From Podarcis pityusensis (taxonomy: Eukaryota), in the NCBI GenBank assembly GCA_964106645.2, contig OZ067043.1: DNA of 64,000 nucleotides. One strand, written 5' to 3'. Position 1 is the first letter of the stretch. The number at the start of each line of letters is the position of its first letter. This document shows, in pieces, positions 46,561 to 60,501 of the stretch. Position numbers and translations under genes: made by a program. The notes under the pieces are model-generated. The model had not been told where the DNA came from. It searched no databases and saw only the letters and a list, made by a program, of their open reading frames with translations.

Positions 46561-49500
46561 GAGCCTTACCTTTATTTTTTGAATGAGTGGCCAGTTCAGC
46601 TCTTGCGCCTGATTACAATTGTCATTAATGTATGCAGTGAGATCAATGTACATAGTATGCTTACATAGTAAAATAAGGAACAACAAAAGTATAGGTGTCT
46701 GCTTTAAAGATTTTACAATCTCAAACATGACAGTACAAGGGATGACAGGAAAGAAAAGAAAGAGGCATGCATGAAAGAGCCAAATGTGCGGGGAATGACT
46801 GCTGGCAAATGTACAACAAACCTTTCCACAAAATCAGCAAAGGTTCTTATTTTTAAGGGGGGAAAGGGGGGAATATGATATAAAAAGCTGCATTCCTTTA
46901 CCCACCTTCCTTGGAGGTAAGGCACACTGAACTCATTGAGACTTACTTTTTAATTAGATTTGTATAGGATCATGCTGTAATAATGCTCAATGTTTGCACA
47001 GCAGTTTCAAGTGTTTTAACACTTCATGTTCATGTCCTACAGCGTTTGTAATCCTCGCAACAGCCTGAACAGCAATGCTTCTCAAACTCTGTGGTGGACC
47101 AGCAATTCCCAACCCAACCTATGTGCCAGGGACTGGTGCCATACTTTGTCCTTGAAGTGCCACACCCAACATGGGCTGCAGTGAAGTTGGTGTGGACCAG
47201 AAGCCAATGGCTTATGGACTGCACTTGTCAGTGGACAACTACTTTGAGTAGCACTGCTGTAAGTTGTCTTTATTCTTCCACATTGCAGAGGGAAGAACAA
47301 GAGAGTGGCTTGCCTGAAACCACCTAGTGAGTTCATGACAGTGACTTTGTTGCCACTGTGCTACACCAGGGTAGCTAGGTTTTGCAAGGGAAGAATGCAC
47401 TTTTCCCGTCACTTCCAAAGAAGCAATGAACAGTGTATGTAGCAAATGGGTGTGTGTACTTGCTTTCTTTTACTTAAAGGAAATTCTTTTAATAATGAAG
47501 GAAGAATGACAATGTAAAAGATTTATTAAAAGTTGGTAATTGAAGAGCATCTGAACAAGCTGGAGAAAAATGGCAGAAACAGAAGTGTAACAAGGAGACG
47601 AGTCTTAGTATATGAGCCAAAGCAGCCACAGGATGGCAGTATAATAAAGATACAGTACTCTGTTTTATACACTTGGGCATGAGAACTGTGTGTGCTTTAT
47701 TTGCCCATATTTTAAAAGACCTTAAATTTGACATGTTTGTGTTTTATCTTCTGGTGCAACGTAACAGGTTGCCTCTTAGGTATGCAGTATGTTAACTGTT
47801 GAATGGGAAGCTAAAGAGAGACGCATCTGGGGTGTTGCATTTCATTGTGCATGTGACCTAAGTTTTGTATCAGGCCTGCTGTGCGAACCCTTTGCTCCTC
47901 TGCCAGTTCCATCCTTGCAAGCCAGCAGGAGTTGAAACTGACAAGGATCCTATGCTCCAGCCCCTCAGAATTAAGCATTCTCATCAAATCCCCTGCCAGC
48001 TTTTAAGCATGAAGTCTGCAGGGGAGCAGAATCCAAGAGTAGAAGTGAAAGAATCTGTTTTTCTCTTGCCACATACTCTACTCTCAGAACAAGGAACTGT
48101 ATGTATCAAAGGAAAAAAGCTAGCAAGAAAAGTGTGGAGCACAATGAAACACAACCGATTGTTCATGAATTTCGAGGGCTTCAGCCTTTTTATTTTAAAC
48201 AGTTCTAAAGCAAAAAGCAGGTTTGTTTCATTTGCACCAATATAAACATTTGATGTATACTTGACCTGGATTATTTTCATGAGGAAATACTAAAGTCACC
48301 AAAGTCAATAATCCAGAACTTTTATATAGTATTCTTAATTTTCATTTCACTACATGCTGTTTAAATGCTTTGATTATCAAAAGTATCTCTGACTATCAGC
48401 TGATGGGAGTATACAACAAAATATGACTGCTCTGATTATGATATTTTGATTTTTTAAATTAGTTTTAAAATATACAACACAAAACTGCAACCAATAAACA
48501 TCTCCCCCACCCACTTACAACTAATTCCTGGTATTAAAGTGATAATTGTGACATTATCCTCCCCACCCCCCCAGCATTTAATTAAATCCATCACATAGGT
48601 ACAGCCTAGGAGTATCCAATAGTCCTCCAATTTGACTGTACAGATGGTCAGCAGTACAATTAAGATACAAAATATCATGAAGATAATATTTTTGAAGATG
48701 CAGGTGACTGAGTGTTTTTCAGCCCTTGTTATATACCATGAATTTCCACAATATGTCATAAAACACTTGTGGGTTTTTGAGTTCCTTTTAATATTCCTAT
48801 TTTATGTGTTAAGCTTTTCCACTATGGTTATATGCCAGGCATTTTTATACCAAAGTTAAATATCCAAATTCTGCAGTTCCTATTTTAAAGCAGCATATAG
48901 CCCTGCTGCCATTACAGTCAATAAGTCCTTCATTTTAATGTCCTCATTTGACACTTCAAATATGGATTGATTATGAATTTCTCATGGACATCTGTTTGAC
49001 TACTGTTGGAAGAAGAGCACTAAGAGAGACAGCTATTTTAACAACAATAAAAATCTTTGTCATTGTCACGGAAGAAGGTGTACAGTACTGTTGTACTCGG
49101 GTAATGTGGCTTATGAAAATCTGTTTTTCAGTGCAAGAACATAATTAGATTAGGGATTTATATAGAACTAGGTGAAAGTTCATGTGATGTATAATTTTGG
49201 TCCCTGGAAGCGTGAAAGTAACACCATTCTTCTATTAGTTATATGAGAGAATATTTATTGTCGCTAAATAAGGCACTGATACACACAGAGATAGAAAGAG
49301 ATGTTGGGGGCAGAAAACTGGTTTTGTTGCTTCTGGTAACACATTCTGTGAAAAAGGCCTCCTTTTAGTTCTGAAATTTAAGTACTGAAATGTCATAGTA
49401 TTCAAATGCGCTTCAGTGGATTTGTACGTGGCTTCATCTAGTAATTAAAAGTTCAAAGTCCAGGAGTATCACATGGTCTTCAAACAATCCAAGGCTTCAT

Positions 49501-49916
49501 GTTTCTTTGTAATATGCCTATTTGATTGTAAGGTATGTAAATGAAGGAAGAAAGAAAGAAGTATGGTGTTTTTGTTAGGTTCTTTTGCCTTTATGAACGC
49601 TTTAGTTTCATTTTTCAAATTTTGGGTTTGGCTCTCCAAGGTGTGATGGTGTTCAAGTATCTGGATGGACAAATCTGTGTTAGGCCAGTGGCCTGTGTTA
49701 GGCCACTGCTCCAACTCATCCCCCCCCCCCCCAGGTCTTGCTGATGCATTCCAGATTGGTCCCCTGATCTATGATCAAATCATGGAAGAGTGATGTTTTA
49801 TTCTGGACTGGCATGACCTTCATCAACAACAACACCAGGCTGGAGGAAAATCTAGCATGATTTAAGAAGGATGTTGACACGCTGGAACATGTGCATAGTG
49901 GGGCAACCAAGGTCAT

Positions 49917-52424
49917 AGAATCATAGAGTTGGAAGAGACCACAAGGGCCATCGAGTCCAACCCCTTTCTTGTCGTTTGGATCCATTGCTCCGTGTCCGCT
50001 TCTCTGGAGCAGCAGAAAACAACCTTTCTCCCTCCTCTATGTGACATCCTTTTATATATTTGAACATGGCTATCATATCACCCCTTAACCTCCTCTTCTC
50101 CAGGCTAAACATGCCCAGCTCCCTTAGCTGTTCCTCATAAGGTCAGACCTCACCTGGAGTACTGTGTCCAGTTCTGGGCACCACAGTTCAAGAAGGACAC
50201 TGACAAACTGGAACGTGTCCAGAGGAGGGCAACCAAAATGGTCAAAGGCCTGGAAACGATGCCTTATGAGGAATGCCTAAGGGAGCTGGGCTGCTCCAGA
50301 GAAGCGGACACGGAACAATGGATCCAAACTACAAGAAAGAAGATTCCACCTAAACATTAGGAAGAACTTCCTGACAGTAAGAGCTGTTCGACAGTGGAAT
50401 TTGCTGCCAAGGAGTGTGGTGGAGTCTCCCTCTTTGGAGGTCTTTAAGCAGAGGCTTGACAACCATATGTCAGGAGTGCCCTGATGGTGTTTCCTGCTTG
50501 GCAGGGGGTTGGACTCGATGACCCTTGTGGTCTCTTCCAACTCTATGATTCTATGATTCTAAGGCATCGTTTCCAGGCCTTTGACCATTTTGGTTGCCCT
50601 CCTCTGGACATGTTCCAGTTTGTCAGTGTCCTTCTTGAACTGTGGTGCCCAGAACTGGACACAGTACTCCAGGTGAGGTCTGACCAGAGCAGAATACAGT
50701 GGCGCTATTACTTCCCTTGATCTAGATGCTATACTCCTATTGATGCAGCCCAGAATTGCATTGGCTTTTTTAGCTGCCGCGTCACACTGTTGGCTCATGT
50801 CAAGTTTGTGGTCAACCAAGACTCCTAGATCCTTTTCACATGTACAGCTCTCAAGCCAGGTGTCACCCATCTTGTATTTTTGCCTCTCATTTTTTTTGCC
50901 CAAGTGCAATACTTTACATTTCTCCCTGTTAAAATTCATCTTGTTTGTTTTGGCCCAGTTCTCTAATCTGTTAAGGTTGTTTTGAAGTGTGATCCTGTCC
51001 TCTGGGGTGTTAGCCACCCCTCGCAGTTTGGTGTCATCTGCAAATTTGATCAGGATGCCCTTGAGTCCATCATCCAAGTCGTTGATAAAGATGTTGAATA
51101 AGACCGGGCCCAAGACAGAACCCTGTGGCACCCCACTAGTCACTCTTCTCCAGGATGAAGAGGAACCATTGATGAGCACCCTTTGGGTTCGGTCAGTCAG
51201 CCAGTTACAAATCCACTGAGTGGTAGCATAGTCAAGACCGCATTTTACCAGCTTCTCTACAAGAATATCATGGAGCACCTTGTCAAATGCCTTGTTGAAA
51301 TCAAGGTAGGCTACATCCACTGCGTTCCCTTCATCTACCAGGCTTGTAATTCTGTCAAAAAACGACATCAGGTTAGTCTGACATGACTTATTTTTCAGAA
51401 ATCCATGCTGACTATTGGTGATCACAGCATTCCTTTCTAGGTGCTCACAGACTGTTTGCTTAATGATCTGCTCCAGAATCTTCCCTGGTATTGATGTCAG
51501 ACTGACTGGGCGGTAATTATTTGGGTCCTCTCTTTTCCCCTTTTTGAAAATAGGGACAACATTTGCCCTCCTCCAGTCTGCCAGGACTTCGCCTGCTCTC
51601 CAGGAATTCTCAAAGATGACTGCCAGTGGTTCTGAGATCACATCTGCCAGTTCTTTTAATACTCTTGGATGCAGTTCATCTGGCCCTGGAGACTTGAATA
51701 CATCTAAACTAGCCAAGTATTCTTGTACTATCTCCTTAGTTATTCTGGGCTGTGTTTCCTCTGCTGAATCATTTGCTCCAAATTCTTCAGGTCGGGCATT
51801 GTTTTCTTTATCGGAGAAGACTGAGGCAAAGAAGGCATTGAGGAGTTCAGCCCTTTCGGTGTCCCCTGTTTGCATTTCACCATCTTCTCCTCTGAGTGAC
51901 CCCACTGTTTCTTTGTTCTTCCTTTTGCTACGAACATACCCATAAAAGCCTTTTTTGTTGCTTTTAACCTCTCTAGCAAGCCTGAGTTCATTCTGTGCTT
52001 TAGCTTTTCTGACTTTGTGTCTACACGTGCTGGCTATTTGTTTGAATTCCTCTTTGGTGGTTTCCCCCTTTTCCATTTTTTGTACAAATCCTTTTTTAAT
52101 CTTAACTCAGTTAAAAGTTCTTTAGATAGCCACCCTGGCTTCTTTAGGCACCTTCCATGTTTCCGTCTCATTGGTATTGCCTGACGTTGTGCTTTTACTA
52201 TCTCCCTCTTAACAAACTCCCAGCCATCATGAACTCCCTTTCCTTTTAGTATTACTGTCCATGGGATCTCACCCAGCACTTCCCTAAGTTTTATGAAGTC
52301 AGCTTTCTTAAAGTCAAGAAATTGAGTCCTAGTATGCTTGGCTGCTCCTTTCCGCTGTATAGTAAACTTCAGAAGAGCATGATCACTCGCGCCTAATGAT
52401 CCTTCCACTTCTACCCCACTAACC
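49917..52424 (-). mobile_element. Young CR1 LINE (5'-truncated; endonuclease C-terminus plus RT), interrupted by an inverted CR1 copy
   Basis: ORF 50559-52076 (KSPGPD...YRPVSLTS...[10 protein letters not shown]...KFADDTKL) and upstream GASDH endonuclease motif in another frame (one frameshift near 52070); TSD AGGTCAT 49910-49916 / 52425-52431. Confidence 0.95.
50143..50559 (+). mobile_element. Short CR1 3' copy of the same subfamily, inverted and nested
   Basis: Ends in the ctatgattctatgattc tail; flanked by TAAGG 50138-50142 / 50560-50564. Confidence 0.9.
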
Positions 52425-52852
52425 AGGTCATGGTGATCCAGGGTCTGAAAACCAGACCTTATTTGGAGCGGTTGAAGCGGCTGGGTATGTTTCGCTTGGA
52501 CAAGAGACTGAGAGGAGATATGATAGCCATCTTCAAATATCTGAAGGGCTCTCACATGGAAGACAGAGCAAGCTTGTTTTCTTCTGCTCTGGAGGGTAGG
52601 ACTGAACCAATGGCTTCAAGTTACAAGAAAGGAGATTCTGACTAAACATCAGGAAGAACTTTCTGACAGTAGGAGTTGTTTGACAGTGGAACTGTCTCTC
52701 TCGGGAGGTTGTGGGCTCTCCTTCCTTGGAGGTTTTTAACCAGACCTTGGATGGCCATCTGTCATGGATGCTTTAGCTGAGATTCCTTCATTGCAGGGGG
52801 TTGGACTAGATGACCCTTGGGATCCCTTCCAATTCTACTATTGTATGATTCT
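52425..52852 (+). mobile_element. Older CR1 3' fragment (host element; 5' part at ~49845-49916)
   Basis: tttaagaaggatgttgac...gcaaccaaggtcat continues as MVIQGLKTRPYLERLKRLGMFRLDKRLRGD, then CR1 3' UTR. Confidence 0.88.
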
Positions 52853-54561
52853 ACCCAAGTCTTGCTGGCTCTGGGACCAATTATGGAGGGGGATAGACAA
52901 GTGCCTGCCCCACCCCTCCTGTTAAGGTTACCATCTAGTAACATCATGTGGAATAATTTTTTATTTATTTTTTTGCTTTTGCTGCCAGGGGATACAACAG
53001 GGTACTTGCAGGGTGCTCACCACATGTTCTTGACCATTGCTCCTGATGGCTTATAAGCTCTAGCCAGGATGGAATGACTGGATGGATCCAGGGAATTCAG
53101 TGTTCAAAACAGTGTTGTTCTAGGCACATTTTGCAACAGGGAATTTCATTAGTGCGAGCAGTTTCTGAGCTCTGGGTGCAGTACTGCGCCTAAGATTTCA
53201 GATTAAAACTGCAGAAAGGAAGGAAAAGAGGATTTTTTCTGCCTTCCTACTTCCAGCTACCCTGAAGACTGGAGAAGAGACCCTCTTCAGAATATTAGGG
53301 GGGTGGGCACTGGGGGAGTAATGGATGCTTCTCTGTGAGTGCAAGCAGCTGGGCGTTCCTTTGACATTACAGTTAGAGATGCTTGTGGTGCTGAAGACAG
53401 AGGCTTGTCACTTTAACACGCCTGCTCAGAAGTAAGTTTCACTGAGTTCAGTGGGATTTCTGCTAGGTAGATTGCTAACCTGGGACACACCAGCATTTTA
53501 CTGTTATTTTCATCCTCGTGGTCCTTGGATCATAGTTTAAGTACAGCTGGCCTTGCTTCATTCTGTACACAATATGCCTCTTTTTCCTCTACATACCAAG
53601 CAGCAGTATCTGGAATTGTAAGTACAATAGTTTACTGTTACTTAAGACTATAAATATTGGGATCCATATAACCTAGTTTACATGATGAAAAATCAGTTTT
53701 GAATTTGGTAGTTTCCTAATTCATCTACAGCATTTTTACTGGACTCCTTCATGCCTGTTTACAATAGGAATTGCAGAGCATAAACATGTTATTGTTGGGA
53801 TGATTGGTTATTTGTTACATAATTTGTCAGCGTCCTACTTTCAGGCCAAATGTAACAACTTGGTTCTTGGAAGACTAAGGCATCATAAATCGTGCAGCAC
53901 AAAGCTCTTTACTCTGGATTTTGTGAGAGAGTTTGCAAATTCCAACGTCTGTTTACGGCATGTGGTTGATATTCTCCCAGCATTTGTAACGATAGCTTTC
54001 ATTTTATTTATTTTTATTTAATTTCATATTTGTATCCTGCTTTTCAAGCAGCAAAACTGAGCTCAAATCATAACAAGAGAACAAAAAACCCCACCAAAAC
54101 ATTTAAGTAAATATCAATATAATACCTAGAAACAAAAATACACCAGTAATACAAAAACAATAATAAAAAGCCCAGAAATGTTATCTGGAGATTTGGAGTG
54201 GGGCTACTATCAATATGTTGATGATGCCCAGCTGAACATTCAACCATAGTGTGCAAGGTGGTAACAAATAAAACTATAAATTCAAGTTTACAATGCATGA
54301 TTTATGAAATCCACTGCCACTCTATGATATAACAGCTATGAGTTTATGTGCCTTTAAAAGGCAAATTAATTCATGGAGGGTAGATACTTTGATTTTGTTG
54401 GTTATATGGAAGTTCCATACCAGTTGCTGGGGAGCAGCAGCAGGTGAGAGAGCTGTTGCCTTGAGGCTCTATGTGTGGGTTTGCTGGAGTCATCTGAATG
54501 GCCAGTGTCGGAAGCAGGATATATTGTATTCGATTGACCTCTGGTCCAACTGAGATGATGA

Positions 54562-54563
54562 TG

Positions 54564-54602
<39 letters not shown>

Positions 54603-55210
54603 TATTTATATCCCACCCTCCCCAGCCGAAGCTGGGCTCAGAGCGGCTAACAACAGTAAAATGATACAACATTCTAAAATCATTTCATTATAAAATCAGT
54701 TCAAATCAGATTAATGGCAACCATTGGGCTAGAGTTCTGTGAGGATTGCCAAAGGTCTGGTGGAACAGCTCTGTCTTGCAGGCCCTGCGGAAAGATGTCA
54801 AGTCCCGCAGGGCCCTAGTCTCTTGTGACAGAGCGTTCCACCAGATCGCAGCCACAGCCGAAAAAAGCCCTGGCTCTGGTTGAGGCCAGCTTAACCTTTC
54901 TGTGGCCCGGGACCACCAAGATGTTTTTGTTTGCAGACCGTAAGGTCCTCCGTGGGGCATACCAAGAGAGGCAGTCCCATAGGTACAAGGGTCCTAGGCT
55001 GTACAGGGCTTTAAAGGTTAAAATCAGCACCTTAAACCTGATCCTGTACGCCACTGGGAGCCAGTGCAGCTGGTATAGCACCGGGTGAATGTGATCCCGC
55101 GGTGAAGACCCCGTAAGGAGTCCCACCGCAGCATTCTGCACCCACTGGAGTTTCTGGGTCAGTCTCAAGGACAGCCCTATGTAGAGCGAGTTACAATAAT
55201 CCAGTCTGGA
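54562..55210 (-). mobile_element. L2-clade LINE 3' fragment
   Basis: QKLQWVQNAA...LHWLPV...; (TTA)n tail. Confidence 0.9.
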
Positions 55211-58200
55211 CTTTAATGTAGGTCAAAACTCTGCCCTTGTTGTAATTTTCAAATACTTCAAAGGAAACTTCATGTGGAAGTGATTTGGACAGCCATATAA
55301 TGGTTTATTAAACTGAAATATGATTGAGCCTTTTGCTCACGTTACCTTTCTCCAAGCCAACAAACAAGCCAGGAAGTCTTAAGTTAACTATTGTTCCCTA
55401 TTTTATCTGGACTGAGAAACAATGGTTAACAGCTTTGGAACAAGACATGCTATTAAGCCAAACTGTGGCTTCATATCCTGCTTTGTTCTGAAGTATTTAA
55501 CTTGTAGGTTCCTCATTTGGATGAAATGGGAAGCCAGAATTAATAAAAATTTCCTGGCCTGTTTGCTTGATTTGCAAATGAAGTAAGGACTGTTTAAACA
55601 GCTACAAGTCATATTCTTATCTAGGCCATAGAATGTATTTCTGGGGCTACTAGATTGCCCTTGTCCAGAGGGAGGACCAGGATTAAGCAGGAGCAGTTTG
55701 GCTTTGCGGGTGGAGCCACAGCAATAGCTTCCTTGCAGTGGCTTATATTAAGTTCAATAAAACCAACACTTACAATCTAAAAGACATGGTGCAAAAGCAA
55801 AAAAGGATGAGCAGGGAAGAGGCAAACAAACAAACCGAGGCAACAGTTCATAGCCATTTTATAATGACTTTTTGGAATGGAAACAGTTTAGGGAGAGGAG
55901 GAGCCCAATAGAAATGGCCCTTCAGCAGAGTAGAAAGTGCCTTTCCTTTCCTACTGCTGTTGTGACAATTGAGAGAGAAGCCCCAGTGGAGTGACGCTGC
56001 TTCCTTGCTTCTCTTGGCTTCATACTGAGCCTAGCAGCATGGAGCCCTGGCCAGGCATCTGCTCTCCTCCCTTCTGTATGGCTTCTACTTCTCCTTTTCT
56101 GCCTTCCTCATTTTCTCTCTCGACAAGCTTTTTAAATGACCTGGTTTCCTTGCCAGGCCATGCCTCTGTCTCTGTCTGTCATCCAGTTGAATAGGTGCAT
56201 ACCCAGAGGCAACTGACTGTTTGTCCTTACCTGGTCCACCTGCAGCAGAACCAGGCAGAGGAAACATTCAGCTAGAAATGGAGATGTGGGATTTATTCAG
56301 CTTATATTTGACTGTGAAGCTACCTAATTCATACCTGTCAAACCAGTATGCAGCTGCCTTTTATAGATTCTCACTTCTCCAAAATTTGGAGTGCAGTTCT
56401 CCAGCCAAAAAAAAAAAAAAAAGCATATGTAAAAGCATGCATGCAGGGAAAGCGCACATGTTAAAATACTTCTCTTTGTGAAAAGAGTACAAAAATGCAT
56501 TACATCAGGGAGAAACTTGCAGAAATGTGTATATTAGGTGAAATGCACACAAAACTGCTTCCACACTTTCATGCACTTTTTAGAAATAAATCAAAAACTG
56601 ATGTGGAGCCGACTTTAAGACTGGAATAATAATTTCCGTGTTGGATTGCTGAAATGCTCTCTGTGTGGGGATGCCTCTGAAAATCGTTTGGAAGCTTGAG
56701 TTGGACCAGAGTGTGACTGACAGAATGCTAACTCAGTCTGGCAGGTTGAAATGTATAATTGCAGTATTATACCATCTGCAATGTTTGTTAGTTCATTTCC
56801 AGGCTTAACTGAAAGTGTTAGAACCCTAGATGGCCTGGATCAGAGTATCTCAACAATCATCTGTATCCATATGAATTTGATTGACTGATATCATTTCTGA
56901 AAGCCATGGTCTTGTCATTCACATAAGGGACAATATTTTATTTTTCTGTGGTGGCACTAGGACAGTTGAATGCCCTACTCATCCCTACTACTGCTCACCT
57001 TTTGGTGAGCAGGTGAGAGCCTTCTTTTCCAGCAGGTTTTTCTGAAAATATGCTTTTTGTCTGCTTTGCTCTTTGAATTGTTTCTTGATGTTACCATGTT
57101 TCATTTATTATTCATGTTTTAATAACTTGTTTTAGATATTTTTATTTGTCAGTGTTTATAATTTTAAATTTCTATTCCTTTCTTTAAAAAAAATTCTAAA
57201 GGATTTATTTAAAAACCAGAAGGGTAAAAAAATCGAACCATTCCATCACCACCCAAAAAATCCACAAAACCCGGGCACATGAACTAGGATCTCTTCATGC
57301 AAGTTCTCTAAATATCATAAAGCTGGATTTTTACGAAGAACAGAATTTTATGCTGTTTCTTTCATTCTCTGTGTGGCATAGATTTCTTCCCTTGAGTCTT
57401 CAAGAACAGATCAGTAACCTGTGTCTGATTTCTTCCTTGGCTATTTGCTGGTAGAACCCAATGTCAAATGCTTCAGTTATTCTACTGTTATCCTTGATAA
57501 ATCTCTGATCTGTACAGGGCTCTACCTGGTCAGATGATGCCCCCAAGGCAAGAGGATCCCCAGTCCTTCCCCTCTTCCTCCTAGCTAAGGTACTGCGGAT
57601 GTGAGTCTTAAGTGTTGCTAGCTTGCTGATCCTGCTTGCTGCAGCCCTGGCTTTGAATGCAGTCAGATGAAATCGAGGAAATGGAGACCTTCCCTGTGGT
57701 TCTCTCTGTGAGTAGCTTGATTCCATTTTCTGTGTGTTTGCATAACTATATAGAGATAACATTCTTGTTGCAATAATCTACCAAATATGCAGTTTTAATT
57801 CCTTCCAGGCTGTTATAGTGTGGAGAGGCATGGCTCCATTTGCAATGCAGTGCATTCTGATGATTATTTTAAAAGATGCATAGTTTTTGTTTTGTTGCAT
57901 GCACAGACCAATGTGCTGAACTGCATAAAGAGGATGGATGGGGTAGAGACACAAAGGATATGCTGCAGAGCCGTGGGTTCCTGACAGCTCAGGAGATAAG
58001 GAAAGGAAAAGCATAATTAGATAGCTGGATGCTTTCCATGGTTCACGTCTGCAGGGAATACATCTTAATCCTTTTGTGTGCAAATGTGTGCTTGCATCAC
58101 ACGGGGTGGACAGGCATGTATTTGTTTCATTCAGCGTGCATCAAAGTTCACTCTGCTCTGAGGGATCCTACCCAGTTGGCTTATATTTTCTCATGAGGAC

Positions 58201-59996
58201 CTTGATATTCTCCGCATCACAGATATGTCTGGCTTGTTACACTGTGAAGTGCTTGGTTTGGTGCTGAAATCTTGTTATTTTGCTGCTGGCTTTATTTGTG
58301 AAATTCCTTCTTAACAACAACAACAAATAGGCAGTCATCTAAATTTTACTCAGAGTAGACCCAGTGAAATTATTTACCATGACTAATACCACCCAATAAT
58401 AATGCATTCCCTGTTCACACAAACTGCACTTGCTTTTCTGCTTCAGGATGTTTGGGCTCCTCCCCGAGCTGGTATTGCAGCAGAAGGCTTGGAAGGGGCA
58501 TGAAGTGCTTAGTTTACCTCCTCAAGAGATGCCACCTTCCAATGAAATTTCAAACCAAAGCCTCCCCAGTCTGTTGGAGTTCAGATGGGACAAATAGAGT
58601 GCCTGGTATAGGAGAATTCTGCAGTTCATATATGAGTACTATTATTTCCTAATTATGTTTTATTAACTTTCCTTTAAGATTAAACTGGCTATGAAACACA
58701 TTATATGCTCCTCAACATATTCCTCACAGCACTACATTTTGTTTTGTTTTGTTTTTTGCTTGTGCAGCTGTCAAACCCTTCTAACCAGGGCTAGGAAATT
58801 AGAAAGGCTGGCTCACTTATTATTTATTTAATTATTTATTAAATTTATGTACCACCCTTCGTCTAAGGATCATAATTCGAGGTTTGATGGCAGATCGAGT
58901 CCTCGTAGGAATGGTCTTGCATTGAGTTGTTGCTCTCACTTGCCACTGTTAGCGGCACTTCTGGCTGTTTCAGCCTTAGATCCAAGTGTGTAGTAAGGAT
59001 TTGCTTGGGTTTAGATGCTGGCAAACCACATAATTACTCTAAACTCCCTTTGTAGAAGACACTGCTCCTACCTGCTGAGCAAGCAAGAGTTGCTTAGCTA
59101 GCACACATGGTTCCCCAAATGCAAGGGGAGGATGAGACATGCTTTGGCAGTGGATTGAGTGCTGTGTATACCCATTTATTTTCTTGGGATGCTTAGTGGG
59201 GAGGGTTGAAAGATGCTCAGGAGCCTTCTCCCTCCCACTTACCTGTGTAGGGTGACTCATCTGTGCAACCCCATTTGCAGGAGTGAAGCTTAAGTTCCTC
59301 CTGTGTCTTGGGACTCTGCAGACAGGTACACTGCTTCAGTACACAGGTGTTATCCATCTTCCTTTTCATCCTTGGCTGTTGGTGGAAAGTACAAATTGCT
59401 GAGTGACCTTTCACCAAGGTTTGCTATCACCAAGTTGCCGATGTAGCCTATGGTGAGATTCATGATCCTTCCCCAATGGAAGCTTTCCTTCCAGGACAAA
59501 TAGACTGGGGTCACAGTAAGGGGCATAGGTTTAAAACCTTACTCCTTTGCCTGCCAAGGTCTCAATCCAGCTCAGTCTCTCCCCACAATTCCTTTAGTTT
59601 GGCCCTCTACTTGCCTTTTCCCCCTACCTAATTATGATCGGTGTAGTACTCGTGCCATCATAAACCGATGCTAGGGTAATATTATCACCACCATGGTTTT
59701 GAGCTATGCCAGTGGATCAGATTTAGTTGCAATCCTGTCTGGGCTGGCTGAAGACATTTTGCTAACTGAGAAGACAAGATGGTGCGCTCCCTCCCACCCA
59801 TTTTATGAACAAAAGCCGATTGGACTGGCAGTTGAATCTGGGTAACCAGACACCCATCTTCCACTGCATCTGAGGACAGCAGGCTAGCTTAGATGAAATA
59901 GACCACGAAACACAGAGCTTTGCCCTCCAATCCCTTGCTATTGCTTTCTGCCTCCACAGCAATTGCTGCTTAAGGCAGGTGCTTCTTTCTGGCTAT

Positions 59997-60033
59997 TGAA
60001 TCCTAGCCTTATCCCTGAATCCTAGCCTTATCC
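59997..60033. repeat. Tandem duplication with 19-bp period
   Basis: TGAATCCTAGCCTTATCC x2. Confidence 0.85.
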
Positions 60034-60265
60034 AGCTGACATAAGCTGATGATAGGATTGCACTGTGAGCAGTGTGTCCCAAAATTTCCAAATAGCTGAA
60101 GAAATTTTATTTTCTTAAAATTTGAGCCACATTTTACTCTTACACCCAAACAGTTTTAGAGGTTAAAAGTATAAGCCTGACCTTCCTTGAGAATAGCTCA
60201 CTTCCTGTCCCTGCAATTCACAGTTCTGGTTGTGCATTCCAACGGAAGCAGAAAATCCTCGAATA

Positions 60266-60501
60266 CAGTGGTACCACGGGTTACATATGCTTCAGGCTAC
60301 AGACGCTTCAGGTTACAGACTCCGCTAACCCAGAAATAGTCCCTCGGGTTAAGAACGTTGCTTCAGGATGAGAACAGAAATCGTGCTCTGGCGGCGCGGC
60401 GGCAGCAGGAGGCCCCATTAGCTAAAGTGGTACCTCAGGTTACCTTCAGGTTAAGAACGAACCTCCAGAATGAATTAAGTTCTTAACCCGAGGTACCACT
60501 G
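60266..60501. mobile_element. Same Tc1/mariner MITE family, opposite orientation
   Basis: TA|CAGTGGTACC...GGTACCACTG|TA; reverse-complement similarity to 23314-23555. Confidence 0.9.
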
